A DNA stretch of 63,694 nucleotides, the filler included, from Octopus bimaculoides (lineage: Eukaryota): the NCBI RefSeq assembly GCF_001194135.2. It is 4 parts of 4 records of this genome, joined end to end, with 100 filler letters (N's around TTAATTAATTAA, not from the genome) between each part and the next. Parts side by side here need not be neighbours in the genome. Positions count along the whole stretch, not along the records: positions 23,438 to 41,191 come from NC_068988.1; 3 more parts are not named here. One strand, given 5' to 3'. Every line of letters starts with the position of its first letter. Position 1 is the first letter of the stretch. Shown piece by piece: positions 25,340 through 37,335 of this stretch. Below the pieces are notes generated by a model that worked only from the letters and a program-made list of their open reading frames with translations, did not search any database and was not told where the DNA came from. The position numbers were made by a program, and so were the translations under genes.

Positions 25340-25990
25340 TCACATGGAAGTTCACCAAAATGGAGGTATATAGGATCTTTGTCACAGCCTACTTCATCTT
25401 TTCTAGCTTGGGGAACAACCAAAAATCACAGGAAGAAAGGTCTGGACAGCAAGAATGGTGAGGGACAATTTTGATGGTCAGCTCTGTCAATAGTTTGCTG
25501 CCAGGATGGAATTCTAAACTGGTGCATTGTCCTGGTGCAGGCATTCTGGCTTTTGCGATGAAATCCCTTTCTGAACACCCTCAAAACCTTTACAGAGTAC
25601 TAGTTGTTGATCGTCTGGCCAGAGGAAACCCAGTGGATGGACATGACAGCCTTGTTGCTGAAAAAGGGTATCATCATGAGCTTCCCGGTAGGCTTGTTTT
25701 TCCTGGTATTCTGTGCCAGCGAAAAACAGATGCTCGGCTCATACAAGTTAATCCATAAACAGTCTGGAGCTTCCATAAGTTCTTGTAGCATTTTAGCTCA
25801 GTTTAATACAAAACCCAATTTAACACAACACTGTATTACTTAGCGAGCTTCTAAATTATCTCCACAGCTCGACTGCTTTCTATAAACTAGTCAGCCGTAA
25901 CAAGCATTGTCTAGTATAGTGTGTTCAAAGTGCTGTTACGTCCGTCTCCTTCAATGTGGAATAACAAAAGTTAGCCGGATAGCTTATGAG
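25340..25990 (-). mobile_element. Decayed mariner (DD34D) remnant
   Basis: Minus frames read GKLMMIPFF..IHWVSSGQTINN*YSVKVLR, LHQDNAPV*NSIL, and IVPHHSCCPDLSSCDFWLFPKL, MK*AVTK. Confidence 0.82.
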
Positions 25991-26637
25991 ATGTACAGTA
26001 ATGATGTACTAAAATTATAAAGTTATAACTGTCTTTCTTTAAAAGTCTTAGAACTTATGGAATGCACCTCGTAAAACTAAACCCTTTGCTACTCTGAAGA
26101 ATTTTCATCAGTTTGTCCTAAACGTCCATTCTTATTTTCAAACTTTAAGTTTGCCTTTGTTTCATATGTTCTAAGTAATATGAAGCTTTCTTTTCATAAG
26201 CTTCATGTTAGTCTGACAGTTGAAAAAAATGCGAATGTAATATGTCCTATGTAACACATATGATATACAGGACAAGTAAAAGGTCTATGTTTTAGTGCGG
26301 CCCTTGCTTATTTATATTGGTGTGCTATGTCCAGCTGTGATATCTATTTTACAGTAAGATGAAATAAGACCAATAGAGAACTAAGTGTCTTTGACTATAA
26401 ACATATTAGAGAGCCAGTTGTAGGATCAGTTCTGGATTTAAAGTCGGTGTGCCCTAAACCAGTGGGACTGCCTAAATGGCTTGCCTAACGAAAAATTACC
26501 TTATTTTTTTTTAGAAGTGCTGTCCGCTCGATGAATCATATCTCATGAGGTTCGCTTCTCGAAAAAGGTTGCCAATGTCGTTGTGCCATATTTAGACAAC
26601 AAGAAGCAAAAGGGAGAAAGAAATACAGCGACCTTAC

Positions 26638-26830
26638 CTTGTCGACCGTGGCGGGATAAACGACCGCTCCAGATCAAACCACGTTTTCTACGTACACCGT
26701 CTCTGATCGAACTGCCCACACGTGCTCGCTGTCCATGCATCCGCATGTGGCCGAATTCCGCCGGCCCTTCCGGTCTGTCTTCACTTCCGTTTGCTTCATC
26801 TGTGATCTCTCTCCACCAACACCACATAGC
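26638..26830 (-). promoter_or_regulatory. Candidate CpG-rich promoter or first exon of a minus-strand gene
   Basis: Local CpG enrichment; ETS-type CCGGAAG (26767-26774) and ACGGAAGT (26783-26790); E-box CACGTG at 26719-26724; strong donor CAAG|gtaagg at 26638/26637; no polypyrimidine acceptor upstream. Confidence 0.45.
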
Positions 26831-27179
26831 TCATCACAGCCCATAACACCACATGCAACACCACAAAGTCTCTTTGTAAAGATATTACAACAAAACTTCT
26901 CATATAAATGGAAAACGAAGATGCCTTTTACTTATTTGAGGCGTTAAGCTGAAGGTTTTCATTCTTTTAATCAGGAAGGAAAGCAGTAGTCATGACCCTT
27001 TACAGAAATCTGAGTCAAATGGTGATGTCGGTGGGATTCGGTAGAAATTATCATCAATCCAGAAATCTAGTCCAAATATCTGCATCAGAATGGGTCCTCT
27101 TAAGGCACACATGGCACCAGGCGGTGGCAAGGGCAAGATTTGAACTCAAGAAAATAAAGAACTGAAGTGACCATCAAAG

Positions 27180-27790
27180 CATCCAGTCCGACTTTCTTGC
27201 AATTCTACCAATCCATCATCTTGGATTAATACTTTATTTATCGACTCTAAAAGGATGGTAGGCTAAGTTGAACTCGGTGGAATTTGAACTCGGTGGAATT
27301 TGAACTCGGTGGAATTTGAACTCGGAGAGCTGGGATAAATATCTACCACGAGAAGTTATTTTATCCAACGAGAAGTTATTTTTTCCTCTGCTGCCGCCAC
27401 TGCTGTCTCCAGGACCCTAGCCCAAATATCTGTAGCAGAATGGGATCCTCTTAAGGCACAAATCTCTCACGTAATTAATTGAATATACTCGAAACGAAAG
27501 ACCATCCAGACACGAGGTAAGTTCACTGCATCCCCCACTGTATGTTCAATACATGCTTTTGCATACGGCAGCCTATACTTTAACAATCCTTTCTACTATA
27601 GGCACAATTTTTGGCCTGAAATTTTTGTGGGGAAAGGTGCTCAACTGGTACTTAATTTATCGACCCCGAAAAGATGAAAAGCAAAGTCGACCTCGAAAGA
27701 ACTTGAACTCACAACGTTTAGCTTGAAAAAAAAAATGCCGCAAAGCATTTTGTTCGGCGCTGTAACGACTCTGCCTGCTCGCTGCCTTTG
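27180..27790 (-). mobile_element. SINE family B copies (about 27180-27350 and 27585-27790) with LINE-tail fragments between them
   Basis: Core GAAAAGCAAAGTCGACCTCG..TTGAACTC; 16-bp unit GAACTCGGTGGAATTT repeated three times at 27270-27317. Confidence 0.7.
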
Positions 27791-27959
27791 CCCACGCTAT
27801 ACTAATAATAAACTATCGCAGCTCCCAAAATTACGACTCGATGCAAGTGATCGATTGGTCAGCTAAGTGCCATAATTGATCAGGGTTGACATGTGGCTGC
27901 ACACTGCCATTAACAACAACAACAATAACACGAGCCGACAAGGAAGCTAATTCTCTTAC

Positions 27960-28050
27960 CCCTCGATCTGCTAGAGCTTGTTGCTGAATCTCCCTTAAAT
28001 CGCATCTTATCCTCTTAAAAATTCCAAAAGGACGCTTAGATAATGTAATC
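27960..28050 (-). CDS. Candidate 91-nt exon; possible start exon MRFKGDSATSSSRSR (ATG at 28005, ends in phase 1)
   Basis: Acceptor tatgctctttcag|G and donor GAGGG|gtaaga. An alternative open frame gives RITLSKRPFGIFKRIRCDLREIQQQALADRG. Confidence 0.4.
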
Positions 28051-28713
28051 CTGAAAGAGCATAATATTCTCGGCAAGAAAACTTTCTTTCAATAATATAG
28101 ATCTGTTCGATCAGGGACGACATGGAACCTACACAATAACAACAACAACAACAACGGCAAAAATAAACCACCACTAATACTATCCACCATTCGAAACAAC
28201 AACACCGTCATCATGGCACAAAGTATTTGTCTTACGCAGTAGTTAAAGAAAACTTTCTCATGGGCTCTGGCTCACCCCCTCCGTATTTTTCCTGACCTCA
28301 TCTCCAAGCTCACATTTCTCAACACTCCATGCTTCTGCTAATCACCAACTAGAATGAATAGGAAGTAGATAATTTGAGCAGAAGGAAGATAAAAAAGAAA
28401 GAAACAAAGCACATAAAAATTCTCTCACAAAACAAATAGGCAAAAACTACACAATGCATTTTATATCAAGTTTCTAACACACCAATCCTATGGAAGTCAT
28501 ATTTATGATGGTTAAAATGTCAGGAAGTTTGGTGGTGAGGAAGTTGAAGACTTACCTTTATGTTAATGCTGAGTACATTGCATGTGACATGCATACAAAA
28601 CGCATGGTTTTCACACACAAACACACACACACACACATACACACACACACATTTTTATATACACACCCTACAATAGTGTGATAGCGTGTGCACACAAAGA
28701 TACATGCATCTGC

Positions 28714-28808
<95 letters not shown>

Positions 28809-29142
28809 AATAATAATTAGTATATAATATATATGTATATATATATATGAAATAAATAATAAATAGTATATATATATATATATATATATATACTATACGG
28901 ATCTTTACCATTTGGCCGGCACATTGAAAAGATAATTTTTTGTAACTAAACACTTTCAAACTTTGTTTACATACATGCATAGATGGGTACAGGACGTCAC
29001 CAACAGTGCAAATAACGTGTAATACGTAAACAAACGAAGGAAAAACGAGTGAAATACGCACGTCGCATGCGTGTGTATGCGTGTACACATAAACGCACAT
29101 ACACATATTTGTATACACACACACACACAAACACAATGCGCG

Positions 29143-29169
<27 letters not shown>

Positions 29170-29187
<18 letters not shown>

Positions 29188-29312
29188 TTACATACAAAAG
29201 AGACCGATAGAATAAATACTAGGCTCACAAAGAATAAGTCCTGGGTCGATTTGCTAGACTAAAAGCAGTGCTCCAGCATGGCCGCGGTCAAATGACTGAA
29301 ACAAATAAAAGA
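29170..29312 (+). mobile_element. SINE family A tail
   Basis: AAAAGAGACCGATAGAATAAATACTAGGCTCACAAAGAATAAGTCCTGGGTCGATTTGC..GACTGAAACAAATAAAAG. Confidence 0.85.
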
Positions 29313-29407
29313 ATATATATATATATATATAAATTCGCGCGCGTATATATGCTCAGTATGTTATATATATACATCAGTGTGTGTATGTGTGTATATCGTA
29401 TATATTT

Positions 29408-29737
29408 GGAGGCGCAATGGCTCAGTGGTTAGGGCAGCGGACTCGCGGTCATAGGATCGCGGTTTCGATTCCCAGACCGGGCGTTGTGAGTGTTTATTGA
29501 GCGAAAACAACTAAGATCTCCACGCGGCTCCGGCAGGGGATTGTGGCGAACCCCTCTGTACTCTTTCAGCACAACTTTCTCTTACTTCCTGTTTTTGTTG
29601 TGCCTATAATTCAAAGGGTCAGCCTTGTCACACTGTGTCACGCTGAATATCGCCGAGAACTACGTTAAGGGTACACGTGTCTGTGGAGTGCTCAGCCACT
29701 TGCACGTTAATCTCACGAGCAGGCTGTTCCAGTTGAT
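29408..29737 (+). mobile_element. tRNA-derived SINE family C, truncated by a gap
   Basis: GGAGGCGCAATGGCTCAGTGGTTAGGGCAGCGG (A box) and GGTTTCGATTCCC (B box); body is shared with 47219-47410 and 50627-50997. Confidence 0.88.
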
Positions 29738-30225
29738 NNNNNNNNNNNNNNNNNNNNNNNNNNNNNNNNNNNNNNNNNNNNNNNNNNNNNNNNNNNNNNN
29801 NNNNNNNNNNNNNNNNNNNNNNNNNNNNNNNNNNNNNNNNNNNNNNNNNNNNNNNNNNNNNNNNNNNNNNNNNNNNNNNNNNNNNNNNNNNNNNNNNNNN
29901 NNNNNNNNNNNNNNNNNNNNNNNNNNNNNNNNNNNNNNNNNNNNNNNNNNNNNNNNNNNNNNNNNNNNNNNNNNNNNNNNNNNNNNNNNNNNNNNNNNNN
30001 NNNNNNNNNNNNNNNNNNNNNNNNNNNNNNNNNNNNNNNNNNNNNNNNNNNNNNATAAAGAAAGCTGTATATATAATACATCTAGCAGCATTGCATTACC
30101 ATGGGTGTAGTCTCTGTAAAATTCATATCAATACGACAAAGCAAAACAATGCCACGGAAAGTAAAACAAAGAAAAAGCAAAATAGATCGAGTTTAAACTA
30201 AAATTTTAAATCTTGCATATGAAAG

Positions 30226-30282
<57 letters not shown>

Positions 30283-31029
30283 GAGAAGAGAAAGACAGAG
30301 AGTGTGAGAAGGATCTATATTTCTCTCTCTCTCTCCCTCTCTCTCTATTTTGATAAAGAGAGAAGTGGGAGAAAGGGTGAGCTGGATAGATATAGAGATG
30401 AGCTAGATATATGAATGCAACGGACATCGCATCTGTGATGTATACGTAAAGGTAGATTGAAATATCCAAAGATAGTTAGATAGGCAGTATTTTTATGTAT
30501 GCATTTTTCTGTTAAGACAGTCTACTTGTATATGTTGTTCTAGTTTCATTGAACGGTATATTTATAGATGGTGCATTGGCTAACCGTTAGAATGTTGAGT
30601 AGATTGCTTTTTTTGCGGATTTTTTTCTTGCTCTCTAATTTCAAATTTTACCGAGGTCAGTTCCTGTTGTCTCTTCAAGGATCGTTAAATAAAGTGCAAG
30701 TCTCGTACTCAGTTCGTTTCTTCCTTTCCCTTCTTTTTTTTGTCTCTGTGTTTCTCCTTTTGGGAAAAGAATCGTCTATATTCAGACCTGGAAGGACATT
30801 GGGCCTCTGAGGTCCTGAAACCCCTATGACTCCCTCAAAAGACTGAGGAATTAAGACAAAGTAAAGAAAGTAAGAGCTAGGTATATATAGACAGCAGAAT
30901 AGGTAGACTGGTAAATTTCCTCAGAATATAGATTTTTTTCGATAGATAGGAAGATAAAAATTGGCAGGCACAGTATCACATATGCAGATTTCTTCAATGC
31001 ATACGTTTTTCTAATTAGAGATATTTAGA

Positions 31030-32070
31030 CATCACTGTATCAATGTATTGATCAGACCATCATATGCTGTTATACACCGCTTGTCATAATGCACTTCCAA
31101 TTCTGTCTTGTTTGCGCCAGTCTTTTCCATCTCGACCCAAATTGCCTGACTAAATCGGTTTCCCATCATCGTAGAAGCCTTTCAAGTGACCTTTTCTGAT
31201 CTCTTGTATACCATTCTGAAACTGCACGAATCCACCTGTCATCTGTGAACCTTGTGACATGTCCAGTACAGCGGAACTTGCGCTTTCGGTGCTCTGCAAT
31301 CACATTGTTTACTCCGCTCCGTTCTCGAATTATCTCATTTCGAATGTGCTCTCGTAATGATATTCCGATCATGGGTTTTCTCATGGCCTTTTGCGTCGTA
31401 ACCAATTGATGTCCTATCCTTTTCGTAAGTTCACATCTCGCTTGCACATAAAGCGCAGGTAGGATGGTGCTATTGAAGACTCTGGTACGTATGGTATTGT
31501 CTAGCTTTGTGTTAATTACCTTCCATCCTGCCCTTATTCTCTTTGAGACTTCAGCATCCATATCCAGGCGCATTTTCACTGTGTGCCGCAAGTAAACCTG
31601 CTCCTTTACCCACTCGATTTCATCGCATCCCACTTTTATCTGGCCTTGTACTACGCCTTTTCGACCGCATATATTTTGTATTCAAATGGTTAATTTTAAA
31701 ACTTACTCTTAAGTTCTGAGTATGCAGCTCTGTCAGCATGGTCTGCAGCTGGTATGTGGTTTCAGAGATGAGTACAATGTTATCAGCAAATCAGAGGTGT
31801 GTCAGTTGCTCGCCATTGATGATTCACAACACTTGTTTAGTTGATGTTCTTGATGACCATATCTAAATATGTGGCAAAAAGCTTTGGAAAGATGGTACTT
31901 CCTTGCTTGACACCCTTCTCATTGGTGGTGATAGCAGAGCTATATATGTTGTGCATCCAGAATTCGCATCTCTGAGCAGTTTGATGTAATGCGCAGCGAC
32001 AACTTGCTTTTCATCTCCACGCTGTCGAAGGCGTTTTCGTTATCAACAAAAGCGATACACGCATATTTAG
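31030..32070 (-). mobile_element. 5'-truncated RTE (BovB-like) LINE, RT pseudogene
   Basis: Minus frames give CIAFVDNENAFDSVE, KGVKQGSTIFPKLF, and L*FADNIVLIS. ORF 31166-31633 contains EVSKRIRAGW, VFNSTILPAL, HIRNEIIRERSGV, GHVTRFTDDRW. Confidence 0.9.
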
Positions 32071-32632
32071 ACATAAAATGATAAATTATCAAAATGGAAT
32101 AAGGGATAATACAAAGCAAAAAAAGATAATGGCTGAATATCAACGTATTGATGAATTGAGTGTTAATTCCTATTTGTTAACATTTTTGAGTTTCAAACTC
32201 TTCATGAGACTGACTTGTATTTTCCGGCATACAAATCTAATTTTTCACACCAAAATTTACTGTAAAAGAAAGAATATATCAACATACACATCAAAGCAAC
32301 TTAGGAGGACCAAAGATTCCATTTGAAATCTAGTAACATTCGGAAAATTAGTGACTTATGTTTGAATATTTATATTATATGCTACGTCGACTTGTATACC
32401 GGAAAATTAAGTTTCAATAAATTGGCAACTTGTGAGTTTGTTTAACTATTTAGTTATGTTAAATTATATATAACCATGTATTCAAATCTTCCTGTCAGTT
32501 TAATATTTTTCTTAATGAAAAAAGCTTCCACGGAAATTTATCACGCCTATGCCCACGTGTTTGACCTATGGCGTTCGTTGTAAAGGAAACAAGGAAATAC
32601 ACAGAACACAGAAATGCTCATGCATTTTGTAG

Positions 32633-32694
32633 GCTTCCCTCGACTGATGATACTGATGTCGTTAATGCTCGTCCTGGACGAATACAAATAAAAG
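32633..32694 (+). other. Candidate 62-nt exon on the plus strand (LPSTDDTDVVNARPGRIQIK)
   Basis: Acceptor gcattttgtag|G, donor AAG|gtgaga, one open frame. It is antisense to the other exon candidates. Confidence 0.22.
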
Positions 32695-32914
32695 GTGAGA
32701 GAAAGACATGAGCACGAAGAGAGTTACAGAAGATCAACGTTCATAGAAATAATGACTGGACTTAGTGACTAGTGTAAGAAAATGGTAGACTGGAAACAAG
32801 AATGGTAAGAGAAGTGAAGCAGGAAAATGCTTGAGTGGACACGATATGACCCTGGCCAGTACCAAGGAGTAAAGGCTAATAGAGTAGTGGTAAGCAAGGA
32901 GATGGACAAGTACA

Positions 32915-33110
32915 TTTGAGGGTCAGCGGCTGGAACGGCATTTCATCCATCTTTACGTTCTGAGTTCAAATTCCGCCGAGGTCCACTTTGTCTTTCATCT
33001 TTTCAGGGTCGATAAAATAACGTACCAATCGAGCACGGGAGTCGATGTAATCGACTTAACCCTTCTTCAAAATTCTTGACTTTGTGCCGAAATTTGAAAC
33101 TAATATTAGA
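32915..33110 (+). mobile_element. SINE family B
   Basis: CTTTACGTTCTGAGTTCAAATTCCGCCGAGGTCCACTTTGTCTTTCATC. Confidence 0.85.
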
Positions 33111-33217
33111 ATGAAGTTCTTAAACGTGTAACGATACTGTGGCACGTACAGCATTCAGACGGCACCCGCAGAATGGGCTTGGAAGAATATACCTCAGCAG
33201 TGCACATTTTTTCATAC

Positions 33218-33259
33218 CTCCTTCGATGTCTACATTCTTCCTACAAAGAATGTCAGCAT
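33218..33259 (-). CDS. Candidate 42-nt symmetric phase-1 exon, (D)ADILCRKNVDIEG
   Basis: Acceptor attatcatttctctcag|A and donor GGAG|gtatga; length is divisible by 3. Confidence 0.38.
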
Positions 33260-33525
33260 CTGAGAGAAATGATAATTTGAGAATTTCCGCCAGGTATTTG
33301 GTTAAATATTTGAATTTCTGATCTACTGCTCCTTTGACTCTCATAGATTACTCGTCATGTCTATTTTTAGTCAATACATAGCTTGTGAGCTTCTTACTTG
33401 AAAAAAAGAATAAAAGGAAAAATTCTATTGCTATGTTTTATTAATCTAATCTTGGTCTTTCTCCGAATAGCACAAATATAACTTAATGCTCTAAAGTACT
33501 CACAATCTGTCACTCACTCTTTCAC

Positions 33526-33570
<45 letters not shown>

Positions 33571-33746
33571 NNNNNNNNNNNNNNNNNNNNNNNNNNNNNN
33601 NNNNNNNNNNNNNNNNNNNNNNNNNNNNNNNNNNNNNNNNNNNNNNNNNNNNNNNNNNNNNNNNNNNNNNNNNNNNNNNNNNNNNNNNNNNNNNNNNNNN
33701 NNNNNNNNNNNNNNNNNNNNNNNNNNNNNNNNNNNNNNNNNNTATA

Positions 33747-33782
<36 letters not shown>

Positions 33783-33792
33783 TGTATGTATG

Positions 33793-33839
<47 letters not shown>

Positions 33840-34049
33840 GTCCATAACGGACATGTTTGGTTCATTGACTACTCATTGAAAAAAAGAAAAAGGAGTGACC
33901 TCTAATGAATGGTTAAATTACTGTGAACCATGCTGAAACAATTTCCTTTATTTTTCTGAGTAGAAAGAGATAGGATATATTTATATCAGTTCAAAGTTCC
34001 ATAGCGAAAGAATTCAAAATTCTAGGGTAACTACTTTAAAAACTTTTAT

Positions 34050-34488
34050 CTTAGGTTTTGCAATACATGTTGTGCTCATCATCCTATGCAGGTTCGGAGA
34101 TGTTTTCAAATTGTGCCGATGAATGATATCGCTCGGTCATACATGCACAATTGCTAGCATCGTCGAATTTGCAACTGGAATATCATACTGATGAGGTAAT
34201 GAAGGGTTTTTACTTCTAAACCAGAAACGCGTATATGATTAACTACGACTAGTTTGGTTCGTTTATTCTTTTCCTCTTGTTTTGCCTTTGTGAGTTACAA
34301 GTAATGCTATCTGTTGGAGTTTCAGCACTTTAGCTGCTATTTCTGAACTTCGGTATGTGGTGAAGCAACTGTTGCTGACCCCTTAATTATGTTTATAAAT
34401 GTATAAGAACTTTTAAATACGTTCTTCACCGATAATGGTGTTTTCATACCGAAGGGCTTGGTAAAAATTATTAATTATTAATTTATTA
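34050..34488 (+). mobile_element. PLE-type terminal repeat (family X), longest copy
   Basis: GCTGCTATTTCTGAACTTCGGTATGTGG-TGAAGCAACT..TTTTCATACCGAAGGGCTTGGTAAAAATTATTAATTATTAA is homologous to 45421-45610 and, reversed, to 40870-41060. Confidence 0.6.
34182..34239 (+). ncRNA. Type I hammerhead ribozyme motif in a PLE-type tail
   Basis: Stem I ATCATA/TATGAT; core CTGATGA; stem II GGT..GAAG/CTTC..ACC with one extra A; GAAA; palindromic ACGCGT; GUA cleavage triplet ending at 34233. Confidence 0.65.
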
Positions 34489-35416
34489 NNNNNNNNNNNN
34501 NNNNNNNNNNNNNNNNNNNNNNNNNNNNNNNNNNNNNNNNNNNNNNNNNNNNNNNNNNNNNNNNNNNNNNNNNNNNNNNNNNNNNNNNNNNNNNNNNNNN
34601 NNNNNNNNNNNNNNNNNNNNNNNNNNNNNNNNNNNNNNNNNNNNNNNNNNNNNNNNNNNNNNNNNNNNNNNNNNNNNNNNNNNNNNNNNNNNNNNNNNNN
34701 NNNNNNNNNNNNNNNNNNNNNNNNNNNNNNNNNNNNNNNNNNNNNNNNNNNNNNNNNNNNNNNNNNNNNNNNNNNNNNNNNNNNNNNNNNNNNNNNNNNN
34801 NNNNNNNNNNNNNNNNNNNNNNNNNNNNNNNNNNNNNNNNNNNNNNNNNNNNNNNNNNNNNNNNNNNNNNNNNNNNNNNNNNNNNNNNNNNNNNNNNNNN
34901 NNNNNNNNNNNNNNNNNNNNNNNNNNNNNNNNNNNNNNNNNNNNNNNNNNNNNNNNNNNNNNNNNNNNNNNNNNNNNNNNNNNNNNNNNNNNNNNNNNNN
35001 NNNNNNNNNNNNNNNNNNNNNNNNNNNNNNNNNNNNNNNNNNNNNNNNNNNNNNNNNNNNNNNNNNNNNNNNNNNNNNNNNNNNNNNNNNNNNNNNNNNN
35101 NNNNNNNNNNNNNNNNNNNNNNNNNNNNNNNNNNNNNNNNNNNNNNNNNNNNNNNNNNNNNNNNNNNNNNNNNNNNNNNNNNNNNNNNNNNNNNNNNNNN
35201 NNNNNNNNNNNNNNNNNNNNNNNNNNNNNNNNNNNNNNNNNNNNNNNNNNNNNNNNNNNNNNNNNNNNNNNNNNNNNNNNNNNNNNNNNNNNNNNNNNNN
35301 NNNNNNNNNNNNNNNNNNNNNNNNNNNNNNNNNNNNNNNNNNNNNNNNNNNNNNNNNNNNNNNNNNNNNNNNNNNNNNNNNNNNNNNNNNNNNNNNNNNN
35401 NNNNNNNNNNNNNNNN

Positions 35417-35477
<61 letters not shown>

Positions 35478-36769
35478 TAGACAAATATAAATATATACAC
35501 ATATATACATACATGTACATATATAGATATACATACACACGCACGCACACATATATATACATATATGTATATACACATGTATATACATATAGACATACAT
35601 ATATGCATACACATATACATACATACATGCATATATACACGCATACGTACATACAAGCATGCATGCATGCATACATACCTACGTATGTATGTATGTATGT
35701 ATGTATGTAGTATGTATGTATGTATGTATGTATCTATCTATCTATCTATCTATCTCTCCCTATATATATATATATATANNNNNNNNNNNNNNNNNNNNNN
35801 NNNNNNNNNNNNNNNNNNNNNNNNNNNNNNNNNNNNNNNNNNNNNNNNNNNNNNNNNNNNNNNNNNNNNNNNNNNNNNNNNNNNNNNNNNNNNNNNNNNN
35901 NNNNNNNNNNNNNNNNNNNNNNNNNNNNNNNNNNNNNNNNNNNNNNNNNNNNNNNNNNNNNNNNNNNNNNATATATATAATACAAATAATATGTGAGTAT
36001 ATGCATATATACGTACATGTATGTACATACCTACATCTACATGTATATATAGATGTATATCTGGGTACAGGACGTCACAAAAAAATGTGGACAAAATGAA
36101 AAACAGAACATATACAGAGCACAGAAAACAAACAGGCTACATAGAGAATATTTCCATCATCAGCTGCCCCTATTCTAAACTAAGCGTTTCGAAGAGTTAT
36201 ATATATATATATATATATATATACAGACAGACAGACAGAAAGACAGACAGACACACATACATGTATTGTGTGTAATTAAATTTTTACTTTTTTACGTAAG
36301 TGGAGAATAATTTTATGCCATGCGTTTTTTATTTATGGAAAATAAAATATACCGATACATTTTCTCAGAAGAAATGTTTTAGCATCATAGTTCAACTTAA
36401 ATTATATTGGTATACGTATTCTTAGGGTGAGTTTGAAATGTATATCATTTATTTGAACATAGCAAAAGTGATTAGGATAGAAGAGAACAACGAAAAATAA
36501 GGATTCTCATGCATACAGACTCACATATATACGCCCATAAAATTTTACATACACTCACACACACACATATATATATATACGCCCACATCCATAGATACAC
36601 GCATGGATATATATATATATATAATCCTTTATCATTTACTTGTTTCAGTCATTCAACTGAGGCCATGCTGGGGCACCTTAAAATATCTTTAGTCGAATGA
36701 ATGGACCCCAGTATTTATTTTGTCTTTAAGCCCGGTACTTGTTCGATCGGTTCCTTTTGGGCAAGCTGC

Positions 36770-37335
36770 AATTTATAGGTATGTGAGAAAAGTCTTCTCC
36801 TCAATACGCTTGGTGTAAAAACACCTTGAAGTCATAGACAAGCGAGGTAATTTACGCCAAGTCTCGTTGCAAGAGTGGGAGGCATTTACGTTTCGTCATC
36901 GTTGTGACTTATCAATAGCACGTACCCAATAAGAGGCCAGACCCAAGCCAAATCGCTCGCTGTCACTATATGCAAAATGGTGTAAGAACCATGTGCTGAT
37001 GCGTCCCAATGTTTTATATCACAAAAATTCAAATATGAATGAGAAGTAGCTCGCGGAATATTAACGATATCGAACACACATACAGAAGGTATGAATATTG
37101 CCATTCGTGGACACTGCGATCTATAGGCATGACAGGAATTTTTTTCGTCAATACGTCTGGTGTAAAAACACTTAGAAGTCATAGACAAGCGAGTCAACTC
37201 ACGCCAGGTCTCGTTGCAGGAGCGGTAGATATTAATGTTTCTTAATCTTTCTGACTTATTAATACCCCATATCCAAAAAGAGGCTAGACGCAAGCCAAAT
37301 CGCTCAGTATGACTATATGCAAAATGCTTATATAA
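36770..37335. repeat. Diverged tandem duplication, period about 347 bp
   Basis: CAATACG..TGGTGTAAAAACAC..GAAGTCATAGACAAGCGAG..GTCTCGTTGCA..AAGCCAAATCGCTC..ACTATATGCAAAATG at 36802 and 37149. Confidence 0.85.

Noticed and set aside
34413-35676. Long ORFs of 200-420 aa in the track (also 38745-39540, 41772-42662, 44121-45079, 58531-59686)
   Set aside because: They consist of X runs from gaps plus microsatellite translations (YIYI, CVCV, THTH).
36135-36200. GAAAC...CTGATGA in permuted order (also 20710-20770, 21610-21660, 23800-23860) as a type II hammerhead
   Set aside because: No convincing stem I or stem II can be formed between the motifs. They are kept only as PLE-type repeat sequence.
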